Origin: Escherichia coli
GTDB lineage: Bacteria; Pseudomonadota; Gammaproteobacteria; Enterobacterales; Enterobacteriaceae
Reading direction: 5' to 3' (one strand)
DNA length: 64,000 bases
NCBI RefSeq assembly: GCF_024502345.1
Contig: NZ_JALDNN010000001.1
Position numbers and translations under genes: made by a program. Under the pieces are notes generated by a model that did not search any database, was not told where the DNA came from, and saw only the letters and a list, made by a program, of their open reading frames with translations. Shown piece after piece: positions 50,740 through 60,169 of the stretch; position 1 is the first letter of the stretch, and every line of letters begins with the position of its first letter.

Positions 50740-51075
50740 ATGCCAAAGATTGTTATTTTGCCTCATCAGGATCTCTGCCCTGATGGCGCTGTTCTGGAAG
50801 CTAATAGCGGTGAAACCATTCTCGACGCAGCTCTGCGTAACGGTATCGAGATTGAACACGCCTGTGAAAAATCCTGTGCTTGTACCACCTGCCACTGCAT
50901 CGTTCGTGAAGGTTTTGACTCACTGCCGGAAAGCTCAGAGCAGGAAGACGACATGCTGGACAAAGCCTGGGGACTGGAGCCGGAAAGCCGTTTAAGCTGC
51001 CAGGCGCGCGTCACCGACGAAGATTTAGTGGTCGAAATCCCGCGTTACACTATCAACCATGCGCGTGAGCATTAA
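50740..51075 (+). CDS. fdx: [2Fe-2S] ferredoxin
   Basis: 111 aa adrenodoxin-type, Cys ligands CxxxxxCxxC...C. Confidence 0.95.
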
Positions 51076-51086
51076 CAGAGGTTAGT

Positions 51087-51287
51087 ATGGGACTTAAGTG
51101 GACCGATAGCCGCGAAATTGGCGAAGCACTGTACGATGCGTATCCCGATCTTGATCCGAAAACGGTTCGATTCACCGATATGCATCAGTGGATTTGCGAT
51201 CTGGAAGATTTCGACGACGACCCGCAGGCATCCAACGAGAAAATCCTCGAAGCGATTTTGTTAGTCTGGCTGGACGAGGCCGAATAA
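51087..51287 (+). CDS. iscX: Fe-S assembly protein IscX
   Basis: 66 aa acidic protein [17 protein letters not shown]. Confidence 0.9.
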
Positions 51288-51464
51288 TTTCCGCGTCATG
51301 CTTCACGCCGCAGGTGCGTTGGCTGCGCTCGTTCACCCCAGTCACATAGTTATCTATGCTCCTGGGGCTTCACTCACTTGCCGCCTTCCTGCAACGCGAA
51401 TCATTTAGCGGAAAAATCCTGGGGCTGCCAACTGGCGGCCCTTTTACAAAGAAGGATAACTAAA

Positions 51465-52748
51465 ATGACAGAAGCGATGAAGATTACCCTTTCTACCCAA
51501 CCTGCCGACGCGCGCTGGGGAGAAAAAGCAACTTACAGCATTAATAATGACGGCATTACCCTGCATTTGAACGGGGCAGACGATCTAGGGCTGATCCAGC
51601 GTGCGGCGCGCAAGATTGACGGTCTGGGCATCAAGCATGTTCAGTTAAGCGGTGAAGGCTGGGATGCGGATCGCTGCTGGGCATTCTGGCAAGGTTACAA
51701 AGCCCCGAAAGGCACGCGTAAAGTGGAGTGGCCGGATCTGGACGATGCCCAGCGCCAGGAACTGGATAACCGCCTGATGATCATCGACTGGGTGCGTGAC
51801 ACCATCAACGCACCGGCAGAAGAATTGGGACCATCGCAACTGGCACAGCGTGCTGTTGATCTGATCAGCAACGTCGCGGGCGATCGTGTGACTTATCGGA
51901 TCACCAAAGGCGAAGATCTGCGTGAGCAAGGTTATATGGGGCTGCACACCGTCGGACGCGGTTCAGAACGTTCTCCGGTATTGCTGGCGCTGGATTACAA
52001 CCCAACTGGCGATAAAGAAGCGCCAGTGTACGCGTGCCTGGTAGGTAAAGGTATCACTTTTGACTCCGGCGGCTACAGCATCAAACAGACTGCGTTTATG
52101 GACTCGATGAAGTCGGACATGGGCGGCGCGGCAACGGTTACCGGGGCGCTGGCATTTGCCATTACGCGCGGACTGAACAAGCGCGTGAAGCTGTTCCTCT
52201 GCTGTGCGGATAACCTGATTAGCGGCAATGCGTTCAAGCTGGGCGATATCATCACCTATCGCAACGGTAAAAAAGTTGAAGTGATGAACACTGATGCCGA
52301 AGGGCGTCTGGTGCTTGCCGATGGTCTGATTGATGCCAGTGCGCAGAAACCGGAAATGATCATTGATGCGGCGACCCTCACCGGGGCGGCGAAAACTGCG
52401 CTGGGTAATGATTATCACGCGCTGTTCAGTTTTGACGATGCGCTTGCCGGTCGTTTGCTGGCGAGTGCCTCACAAGAGAACGAACCATTCTGGCGTCTGC
52501 CGCTGGCGGAATTCCACCGCAGCCAGCTGCCGTCTAACTTTGCCGAACTGAACAATACCGGAAGCGCGGCGTATCCGGCAGGCGCGAGCACGGCGGCGGG
52601 CTTCCTGTCGCACTTTGTTGAGAACTATCAGCAAGGCTGGCTGCATATCGACTGCTCGGCGACTTACCGTAAAGCGCCGGTTGAACAGTGGTCTGCGGGC
52701 GCTACGGGACTTGGTGTGCGCACGATAGCTAATCTGTTAACGGCGTAA
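51465..52748 (+). CDS. pepB: Peptidase B (M17 aminopeptidase)
   Basis: Start set at ATG 51465 ([10 protein letters not shown], 427 aa); M17 signature NTDAEGRL. Confidence 0.9.
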   Translation: MTEAMKITLSTQPADARWGEKATYSINNDGITLHLNGADDLGLIQRAARKIDGLGIKHVQLSGEGWDADRCWAFWQGYKAPKGTRKVEWPDLDDAQRQELDNRLMIIDWVRDTINAPAEELGPSQLAQRAVDLISNVAGDRVTYRITKGEDLREQGYMGLHTVGRGSERSPVLLALDYNPTGDKEAPVYACLVGKGITFDSGGYSIKQTAFMDSMKSDMGGAATVTGALAFAITRGLNKRVKLFLCCADNLISGNAFKLGDIITYRNGKKVEVMNTDAEGRLVLADGLIDASAQKPEMIIDAATLTGAAKTALGNDYHALFSFDDALAGRLLASASQENEPFWRLPLAEFHRSQLPSNFAELNNTGSAAYPAGASTAAGFLSHFVENYQQGWLHIDCSATYRKAPVEQWSAGATGLGVRTIANLLTA

Positions 52749-52756
52749 ACTAATAT

Positions 52757-52854
<98 letters not shown>

Positions 52855-52889
52855 TTTGCGCCCCGAACGTTGAATGAATTGTGGTTCTT

Positions 52890-53666
52890 ATGTCCGAAAC
52901 AAAAAACGAACTTGAAGACCTGCTGGAAAAAGCAGCAACCGAACCGGCGCACCGCCCGGCCTTTTTCCGTACTCTACTGGAATCCACCGTCTGGGTGCCA
53001 GGTACGGCGGCGCAGGGCGAGGCTGTGGTTGAAGATAGCGCGCTTGATTTACAGCACTGGGAAAAAGAAGACGGCACCAGCGTTATTCCTTTTTTCACCT
53101 CGTTAGAAGCACTTCAACAGGCGGTTGAAGACGAACAGGCATTTGTCGTAATGCCCGTTCGCACATTGTTTGAGATGACCCTTGGCGAAACGCTCTTCCT
53201 TAATGCCAAACTGCCGACCAGTAAAGAATTTATGCCGCGTGAAATCAGTTTGTTGATTGGTGAAGAGGGAAATCCGCTGAGCAGCCAGGAAATCCTGGAA
53301 GGCGGTGAATCGCTGATATTATCGGAAGTCGCAGAGCCGCCAGCACAAATGATTGATTCACTCACCACCTTATTTAAAACTATTAAGCCGGTGAAGCGTG
53401 CTTTTATATGTTCAATTAAAGAGAACGAAGAGGCACAGCCTAATTTACTTATTGGCATTGAAGCCGATGGTGATGTCGAAGAAATTATTCAGGCGGCGGG
53501 AAGTGTAGCGACCGATACATTACCTGGCGATGAACCAATCGATATTTGTCAGGTGAAAAAAGGGGAAAAAGGAATTAGCCACTTTATTACCGAACATATT
53601 GCGCCATTCTATGAACGTCGTTGGGGTGGTTTTTTGCGTGACTTTAAACAGAACCGGATAATCTAA
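52890..53666 (+). CDS. sseB: SseB family protein (serine sensitivity enhancing B)
   Basis: 258 aa from ATG 52890 (MSETKNELEDLL); alternative GTG 52881 would add 3 aa. Confidence 0.85.
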   Translation: MSETKNELEDLLEKAATEPAHRPAFFRTLLESTVWVPGTAAQGEAVVEDSALDLQHWEKEDGTSVIPFFTSLEALQQAVEDEQAFVVMPVRTLFEMTLGETLFLNAKLPTSKEFMPREISLLIGEEGNPLSSQEILEGGESLILSEVAEPPAQMIDSLTTLFKTIKPVKRAFICSIKENEEAQPNLLIGIEADGDVEEIIQAAGSVATDTLPGDEPIDICQVKKGEKGISHFITEHIAPFYERRWGGFLRDFKQNRII

Positions 53667-53697
53667 AATATGCCGCCCCAAAGGGCGGCATTCGGGC

Positions 53698-53823
53698 TTA
53701 CCTGCTGTTCTGAAGGTTGTTAACCACCAGTAAATTGTTGCCGGAGAGACTCAGGTTATTATTTACCTCGGTTAACAGCGCACCAGAAACAATAAGTACG
53801 ATACAAAAGCACCGTATCTTCAT
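53698..53823 (-). CDS. Candidate small hydrophobic protein (41 aa), TimP-like type I toxin
   Basis: ATG at 53823 (minus) to TAA 53700-53698; translation MKIRCFCIVLIVSGALLTEVNNNLSLSGNNLLVVNNLQNSR; basic N-terminus then hydrophobic stretch; weak GGA SD; in-frame upstream ATG at 53835 also possible. Confidence 0.4.
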   Translation of the reverse strand: MKIRCFCIVLIVSGALLTEVNNNLSLSGNNLLVVNNLQNSR

Positions 53824-53886
53824 TGTGCGGTCCATGCGAAGACCGCATCACGACAGCACCACTGGCGATATTGCCGCGATAGCAAG

Positions 53887-53903
53887 CGCTGAGACGCGCT
53901 TGC
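53887..53903. repeat. 17-nt direct repeat copy A (cgctgagacgcgcttgc) within ryfA leader, embedded in palindrome agcaagcgc-tgagac-gcgcttgct
   Basis: Exact 17-mer recurs at 54047-54063. Confidence 0.85.
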
Positions 53904-54011
53904 TCTAACGGTCGCGGAACATCCTTTCCTTAAGCCAGCGCCCGCTTGCGAGACGGCGGAAAGGGCCGCAGTGGATAATACACTAACAGAACAATAATAA
54001 CTCTCTTTTGC

Positions 54012-54040
54012 TTGACAAAAAGAGAGTTACTGGCGAGTAT
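54012..54040 (+). promoter_or_regulatory. Candidate sigma70 promoter for a plus-strand small RNA
   Basis: Perfect -35 TTGACA (54012-54017), 17-nt spacer, weak -10 GAGTAT (54035-54040); sits in an 11-bp perfect palindrome aactctctttt / aaaagagagtt (53999-54029). Confidence 0.3.
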
Positions 54041-54046
54041 TGTCTC

Positions 54047-54063
54047 CGCTGAGACGCGCTTGC
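54047..54063. repeat. 17-nt direct repeat copy B (cgctgagacgcgcttgc)
   Basis: Exact match to 53887-53903. Confidence 0.85.
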
Positions 54064-54114
54064 ATTACTACGGTAATACAACCTGCTGGAAAGGCCGCGA
54101 ACCAGACCAGCAAT

Positions 54115-54142
54115 AAAAAACCGCCAAATTCGGCGGTTTTTT
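54115..54142. terminator. Bidirectional rho-independent terminator (sseA 3' end / plus-strand sRNA)
   Basis: aaaaaa-ccgcc-aaattc-ggcgg-tttttt: A-run and T-run flank the stem so it terminates in either direction. Confidence 0.7.
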
Positions 54143-54158
54143 ATTGCCTGTAAAATAC

Positions 54159-55004
54159 TTATTTCACTGGCTCAACCGGTAAATCTGCCCGCGCGCCCCA
54201 TTCACTCCATGCGCCGTCGTACAGTTTCACGTTTGGCACATCCAGCGTCGCGAGTGCTAACAAAACCACGGCTGCCGTTACACCAGAGCCGCAGCTGACG
54301 ATAATTGGTTTGTCGTAGCTGACGCCGCGACCAAAAAATATCGCATCCAGTTCATCGGTCGTTTTTAGTTCGCCTTCGCGCACCAGTTCCGTCCACGGAA
54401 CATTCAGTGCTCCGGGAATATGTCCGCGACGTAAACCTGGGCGAGGTTCATCAACTTCTGCGTTAAAACGTGCAGCCGGGCGGGCATCAATAATTTGCGC
54501 CGTATTTTCATGGCTTGCCAATAATACATCGGTTACTTTCACCACGGCTTCAGGATTAAACGCGGCGTTAAACTCTCCTTCCGGCAGCTCTACTGCACCT
54601 TCTTCTAACAACAGATCATCGCGCTGCCAGCCTGCAAGTCCACCCCCTAGAATCGACACTTTCTCTACACCAAAGGTGCGCAGCATCCACCATGCTCGTG
54701 GGGCTGAGAAAAGATTACCTTCGTCATAGACAATCAGGTGCTTATCCTGGTTAACGCCTAATTCACGCATCGCCACGGCGAACGTTTCCGGGCGCGGCAG
54801 CATGTGCGGAAGCGGGGAAGTGTGATCAGAAAGCGCTTCGATATCAAAAAACACTGCGCCGGGAATATGTCCATTCAGATACTCCTGAGCAACGTTACGA
54901 TCCTCCTGTCCAGGCGACGCCATGCGGGCATCGATAATCTGAATTTCCGGGTCATCAATATGTTCGGCGAGCCAGTCGGCTCCTACAAACCATGTCGTGG
55001 ACAT
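54159..55004 (-). CDS. sseA: 3-mercaptopyruvate sulfurtransferase
   Basis: Start set at ATG 55004 (MSTTWFVGADWL, 281 aa); two rhodanese domains, active-site CGSGVTA. Confidence 0.9.
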   Translation of the reverse strand: MSTTWFVGADWLAEHIDDPEIQIIDARMASPGQEDRNVAQEYLNGHIPGAVFFDIEALSDHTSPLPHMLPRPETFAVAMRELGVNQDKHLIVYDEGNLFSAPRAWWMLRTFGVEKVSILGGGLAGWQRDDLLLEEGAVELPEGEFNAAFNPEAVVKVTDVLLASHENTAQIIDARPAARFNAEVDEPRPGLRRGHIPGALNVPWTELVREGELKTTDELDAIFFGRGVSYDKPIIVSCGSGVTAAVVLLALATLDVPNVKLYDGAWSEWGARADLPVEPVK

Positions 55005-55210
55005 AGGCATCTCCATTTTTGCCGGGGTTAGGCTAAATTGTCGGATGTTTAGTGAAAAGCGACAAGCAAAAGAGGCTGATTTGGCTGTCTGAGCCACAAT
55101 TCTCACTAAAATTCGGATTGTATGGGCGTGATACTGAATTACATAACGTAAATTCTCACGCATAATAATTATTCGACGTTGCTAACGGGCCATTGTGGCA
55201 GGGATGAAAA

Positions 55211-58200
55211 ATGAAAAAGTTACGCGTAGCCGCCTGCATGCTAATGCTGGCGCTGGCAGGGTGCGACAACAACGATAACGCGCCAACAGCGGTGAAAAAA
55301 GATGCGCCTTCTGAAGTTACTAAAGCGGCCTCTTCAGAAAACGCGAGTTCAGCAAAACTCTCCGCGCCAGAGCGACAAAAACTGGCACAACAGAGTGCCG
55401 GTAAGGCGCTGACATTGCTGGATCTCTCTGAAGTCCAACTTGATGGTGCAGCCACGCTGGTGCTGACGTTCTCCATCCCTCTCGACCCGGATCAGGATTT
55501 CTCACGCGTTATTCATGTCGTCGATAAAAAAAGCGGCAAAGTGGATGGTGCCTGGGAGCTATCAGATAATCTTAAAGAGCTGCGTTTACGCCACCTCGAA
55601 CCGAAACGTGATTTGATCGTTACTATTGGCAAGGAGGTCAAAGCACTCAACAACGCAACCTTCAGTAAAGATTACGAAAAAACTATAACTACCCGCGACA
55701 TCCAACCCAGCGTCGGTTTTGCCAGCCGTGGTTCGCTGCTGCCTGGTAAAGTCGTTGAAGGGCTGCCGGTAATGGCGCTCAACGTTAATAATGTCGATGT
55801 TAACTTCTTCCGCGTTAAGCCAGAATCTCTGCCAGCATTCATTAGCCAATGGGAATACCGCAATTCGCTGGCGAACTGGCAGTCAGACAAACTGCTGCAG
55901 ATGGCGGATCTGGTCTACACCGGACGGTTTGATCTCAATCCTGCGCGTAACACCCGTGAAAAATTATTGCTGCCGCTGGGCGATATCAAACCGCTTCAGC
56001 AGGCGGGCGTGTATCTGGCTGTGATGAATCAGGCTGGACGTTACGATTACAGTAATCCCGCGACGCTGTTTACGTTAAGTGATATCGGCGTTTCAGCTCA
56101 CCGTTATCACAATCGTCTGGATATCTTTACCCAAAGTCTGGAAAACGGCGCGGCCCAGCAAGGAATTGAAGTCTCTTTATTAAATGAGAAAGGGCAGACT
56201 CTGACTCAGGCAACCAGTGACGCTCAGGGGCATGTGCAGCTGGAAAATGATAAAAATGCGGCATTACTGCTGGCACGTAAAGACGGTCAGACAACGCTAC
56301 TCGATTTAAAACTTCCGGCGCTGGACTTAGCAGAATTTAACATTGCTGGCGCGCCAGGCTATAGCAAACAGTTTTTCATGTTTGGCCCGCGCGATCTTTA
56401 TCGCCCGGGTGAAACGGTCATCCTCAATGGTTTGCTGCGTGATGCAGACGGTAAAGCGTTGCCCGATCAACCCATCAAGTTAGACGTGATTAAACCCGAC
56501 GGGCAGGTTCTCAGGAGCGTCGTTAGTCAGCCGGAGAATGGCCTCTACCACTTAACCTGGCCACTCGATAGCAATGCGGCAACCGGTATGTGGCATATCC
56601 GAGCCAACACTGGGGATAACCAATATCGGATGTGGGATTTCCACGTCGAAGATTTTATGCCGGAGCGCATGGCGTTGAATCTGACCGGCGAGAAAACGCC
56701 ATTAACGCCAAAAGATGAAGTGAAATTCTCGGTGGTGGGGTACTACCTGTACGGTGCACCTGCTAATGGTAATACCTTGCAGGGACAGCTTTTCCTGCGG
56801 CCGCTGCGTGAAGCGGTTTCTGCATTGCCTGGTTTTGAATTCGGCGATATAGCTGCCGAAAACCTTTCCCGCACGCTGGATGAAGTTCAGTTGACGCTGG
56901 ATGATAAAGGGCGCGGCGAAGTTTCTACAGAAAGCCAGTGGAAGGAAACGCATTCCCCATTGCAGGTTATTTTCCAGGGCAGTTTGCTGGAATCGGGCGG
57001 TCGCCCGGTGACGCGCCGCGCTGAGCAGGCTATCTGGCCTGCCGATGCATTGCCGGGGATCCGTCCGCAGTTCGCCTCGAAATCGGTTTACGATTATCGT
57101 ACTGACAGCACGGTGAAACAGCCCATTGTTGATGAAGGCAGTAACGCCGCTTTTGACATCGTTTATAGCGATGCGCAAGGCGTGAAAAAAGCCGTGTCGG
57201 GCTTGCAGGTGCGCCTGATTCGCGAACGCCGCGATTACTACTGGAACTGGTCAGAAGATGAAGGCTGGCAGTCACAGTTTGATCAAAAAGATCTGATCGA
57301 AAATGAACAAACTCTGGATCTGAAAGCGGACGAAACCGGCAAGGTCAGTTTTCCGGTAGAGTGGGGCGCTTATCGTCTGGAAGTCAAAGCGCCGAATGAA
57401 GCGGTCAGTAGTGTTCGTTTCTGGGCTGGCTATAGCTGGCAGGACAACAGCGACGGTAGCGGCGCAGTGCGACCCGACCGTGTCACGCTGAAACTGGATA
57501 AAGCCAGTTATCGCCCTGGCGACACCATTAAGTTGCATATCGCCGCGCCAACGGCGGGTAAAGGTTATGCGATGGTCGAGTCCAGTGAAGGGCCGCTGTG
57601 GTGGCAAGAGATTGATGTTCGGGCTCAAGGGCTGGATCTGACGATTCCGGTCGATAAAACCTGGAATCGTCATGATCTGTATTTAAGTACGCTGGTGGTA
57701 CGTCCTGGCGATAAATCTCGCTCCGCGACGCCAAAACGCGCGGTTGGTGTGTTGCATCTGCCGCTTGGCGATGAAAACCGTCGCCTCGATCTGGCGCTGG
57801 AAACACCAGCAAAAATGCGTCCCAATCAACCATTAACCGTGAAAATTAAAGCCAGCACTAAAAATGGCGAGAAGCCTAAACAGGTGAATGTGCTGGTGTC
57901 TGCCGTTGATAGTGGTGTGCTGAATATTACTGACTACGTCACGCCAGATCCGTGGCAGGCGTTCTTTGGTCAGAAACGCTATGGCGCAGACATTTACGAT
58001 ATTTACGGTCAGGTTATTGAAGGTCAGGGGCGTCTGGCAGCTCTGCGTTTCGGTGGCGATGGTGATGAGCTGAAACGTGGTGGTAAACCGCCGGTCAATC
58101 ACGTCAATATTGTCGCGCAGCAGGCGCTGCCGGTAACGCTCAACGAACAGGGCGAAGGCTCGGTTACACTGCCGATTGGCGATTTTAACGGTGAATTGCG

Positions 58201-60169
58201 CGTCATGGCGCAAGCCTGGACGGCAGATGATTTCGGTAGCAACGAAAGCAAAGTGATAGTTGCCGCACCGGTGATTGCTGAACTGAACATGCCGCGCTTT
58301 ATGGCGAGTGGCGATACCTCGCGTCTGACGCTGGATATCACTAATCTTACCGATAAACCGCAAAAACTGAACGTTGCCCTGACCGCCAGTGGTTTGCTTG
58401 AACTGGTCAGCGATTCACCCGCAGCCGTTGAATTAGCGCCAGGTGTGCGTACTACGCTGTTTATCCCGGTGCGAGCATTGCCGGGTTATGGCGATGGAGA
58501 AATTCAGGCCACCATTAGCGGGTTAGCGTTACCGGGTGAAACCGTTGCCGATCAGCATAAGCAGTGGAAAATCGGCGTCCGTCCGGCGTTCCCGGCACAA
58601 ACGGTTAATTACGGTACGGCGTTACAGCCTGGTGAGACATGGGCGATTCCGGCGGATGGATTGCAAAACTTCTCGCCTGTTACGCTGGAAGGGCAATTGT
58701 TGTTGAGCGGCAAACCACCGCTGAACATTGCACGTTATATCAAAGAGTTAAAAGCGTATCCGTACGGCTGTCTTGAGCAAACCGCCAGCGGCCTGTTCCC
58801 GTCACTTTATACCAACGCAGCCCAACTGCAGGCGTTGGGCATCAAAGGCGACAGTGATGAGAAACGCCGTGCATCGGTCGATATCGGCATTTCCCGTTTG
58901 CTGCAAATGCAACGTGATAACGGCGGCTTTGCGCTGTGGGATAAAAACGGTGACGAAGAGTACTGGCTGACGGCTTACGTGCTGGATTTCCTGGTCCGCG
59001 CAGGCGAACAGGGTTACAGCGTGCCGACAGACGCCATTAACCGGGGTAATGAGCGTCTGCTGCGCTATTTACAAGATCCGGGCATGATGTCGATCCCGTA
59101 CGCGGATAATCTCAAAGCCAGTAAATTCGCCGTACAGTCTTACGCTGCGCTGGTGCTGGCCCGTCAGCAAAAAGCACCACTGGGTGCGCTGCGTGAAATC
59201 TGGGAGCATCGTGCAGATGCCGCTTCTGGTTTACCGCTGCTGCAACTTGGCGTTGCGCTGAAAACCATGGGTGATGCGACGCGTGGTGAAGAATCGATTG
59301 CGCTGGCGCTGAAAACGCCGCGTAATGATGAGCTGAAATGGCTGGGTGATTACGGTAGCCCACTGCGCGACAACGCGTTAATGCTCTCCTTGCTGGAAGA
59401 AAATAAACTGCTACCCGATGAGCAGAACACTTTGCTGAACACGCTTTCGCAGCAGGCATTTGGTGAACGCTGGCTATCGACGCAGGAAAGTAACGCGTTG
59501 TTCCTGGCTGCCCGTACGATTCAGGATTTACCGGGTAAATGGCAGGCGCAAACCTCTTTCTCAGCTGAGCCGCTGACAGGCGAGAAAACGCTAAACAGCA
59601 ATCTGAATAGCGATCAACTTGCCACCTTGCAGGTGAGAAACAGTGGCGATCAGCCGTTATGGCTGCGTGTGGATGCCAGCGGTTATCCGCAATCCGCACC
59701 TTTACCGGCGAACAATGTGCTGCAAATCGAGCGTCATATTCTTGGTACTGATGGTAAGAGCAAATCGCTGGACTCGTTACGTAGCGGCGATCTGGTGCTG
59801 GTCTGGTTGCAGGTAAAAGCCAGTAACAGCGTGCCGGATGCGTTAGTCGTGGATCTGCTGCCTGCGGGTCTGGAACTGGAAAACCAGAATCTGGCGAACG
59901 GTAGCGCCAGCCTGGAGCAAAGTGGTGGCGAAGTGCAGAACTTACTGAACCAGATGCAGCAGGCGAGTATTAAGCACATTGAGTTCCGTGACGATCGCTT
60001 TGTGGCGGCGGTTGCCGTTGATGAATACCAACCGGTAACGCTGGTGTATCTGGCGCGGGCGGTGACGCCGGGAACGTATCAGGTACCGCAACCGATGGTG
60101 GAATCAATGTATGTTCCCCAATGGCGGGCGACCGGCGCGGCTGAAGATTTGCTGATTGTCAGACCGTAA
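55211..60169 (+). CDS. yfhM: Alpha-2-macroglobulin family lipoprotein (ECAM)
   Basis: 1652-aa ORF; lipobox LALAGC at N-terminus; thioester motif CLEQ (GCLEQTA) and MG domains. Confidence 0.9.
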   Translation: MKKLRVAACMLMLALAGCDNNDNAPTAVKKDAPSEVTKAASSENASSAKLSAPERQKLAQQSAGKALTLLDLSEVQLDGAATLVLTFSIPLDPDQDFSRVIHVVDKKSGKVDGAWELSDNLKELRLRHLEPKRDLIVTIGKEVKALNNATFSKDYEKTITTRDIQPSVGFASRGSLLPGKVVEGLPVMALNVNNVDVNFFRVKPESLPAFISQWEYRNSLANWQSDKLLQMADLVYTGRFDLNPARNTREKLLLPLGDIKPLQQAGVYLAVMNQAGRYDYSNPATLFTLSDIGVSAHRYHNRLDIFTQSLENGAAQQGIEVSLLNEKGQTLTQATSDAQGHVQLENDKNAALLLARKDGQTTLLDLKLPALDLAEFNIAGAPGYSKQFFMFGPRDLYRPGETVILNGLLRDADGKALPDQPIKLDVIKPDGQVLRSVVSQPENGLYHLTWPLDSNAATGMWHIRANTGDNQYRMWDFHVEDFMPERMALNLTGEKTPLTPKDEVKFSVVGYYLYGAPANGNTLQGQLFLRPLREAVSALPGFEFGDIAAENLSRTLDEVQLTLDDKGRGEVSTESQWKETHSPLQVIFQGSLLESGGRPVTRRAEQAIWPADALPGIRPQFASKSVYDYRTDSTVKQPIVDEGSNAAFDIVYSDAQGVKKAVSGLQVRLIRERRDYYWNWSEDEGWQSQFDQKDLIENEQTLDLKADETGKVSFPVEWGAYRLEVKAPNEAVSSVRFWAGYSWQDNSDGSGAVRPDRVTLKLDKASYRPGDTIKLHIAAPTAGKGYAMVESSEGPLWWQEIDVRAQGLDLTIPVDKTWNRHDLYLSTLVVRPGDKSRSATPKRAVGVLHLPLGDENRRLDLALETPAKMRPNQPLTVKIKASTKNGEKPKQVNVLVSAVDSGVLNITDYVTPDPWQAFFGQKRYGADIYDIYGQVIEGQGRLAALRFGGDGDELKRGGKPPVNHVNIVAQQALPVTLNEQGEGSVTLPIGDFNGELRVMAQAWTADDFGSNESKVIVAAPVIAELNMPRFMASGDTSRLTLDITNLTDKPQKLNVALTASGLLELVSDSPAAVELAPGVRTTLFIPVRALPGYGDGEIQATISGLALPGETVADQHKQWKIGVRPAFPAQTVNYGTALQPGETWAIPADGLQNFSPVTLEGQLLLSGKPPLNIARYIKELKAYPYGCLEQTASGLFPSLYTNAAQLQALGIKGDSDEKRRASVDIGISRLLQMQRDNGGFALWDKNGDEEYWLTAYVLDFLVRAGEQGYSVPTDAINRGNERLLRYLQDPGMMSIPYADNLKASKFAVQSYAALVLARQQKAPLGALREIWEHRADAASGLPLLQLGVALKTMGDATRGEESIALALKTPRNDELKWLGDYGSPLRDNALMLSLLEENKLLPDEQNTLLNTLSQQAFGERWLSTQESNALFLAARTIQDLPGKWQAQTSFSAEPLTGEKTLNSNLNSDQLATLQVRNSGDQPLWLRVDASGYPQSAPLPANNVLQIERHILGTDGKSKSLDSLRSGDLVLVWLQVKASNSVPDALVVDLLPAGLELENQNLANGSASLEQSGGEVQNLLNQMQQASIKHIEFRDDRFVAAVAVDEYQPVTLVYLARAVTPGTYQVPQPMVESMYVPQWRATGAAEDLLIVRP

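Larger units (their letters stand above)
53667..53960 (-). ncRNA. ryfA: ryfA-like transcript (candidate type I toxin mRNA); boundaries approximate
   Basis: Locus between convergent sseB and sseA where RyfA is known; minus-strand TATTAT -10-like hexamer (rc of 53965-53970); 3' hairpin gccgccc-caaa-gggcggc (53672-53689) followed on minus strand by a U-rich stretch; contains small ORF 53698-53823. Confidence 0.4.
54047..54142 (+). ncRNA. Candidate antisense small RNA (TimR/OhsC-like antitoxin), ~95 nt
   Basis: Would start near repeat copy B (54047-54063) downstream of the TTGACA promoter and end at the terminator 54115-54142; its 5' 17 nt are complementary to the ryfA leader at 53887-53903. Confidence 0.3.

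Noticed and set aside
53717-53908. 63-aa plus-strand ORF in the sseB-sseA spacer
   Set aside because: No SD, hydrophilic low-complexity translation, and it overlaps the more convincing minus-strand small ORF and the palindromic repeat; likely non-coding.
55211-60169. yfhM ORF being 1652 aa versus a remembered 1653 aa
   Set aside because: A one-residue difference is within the uncertainty of my memory of the reference length; not reported as an indel.
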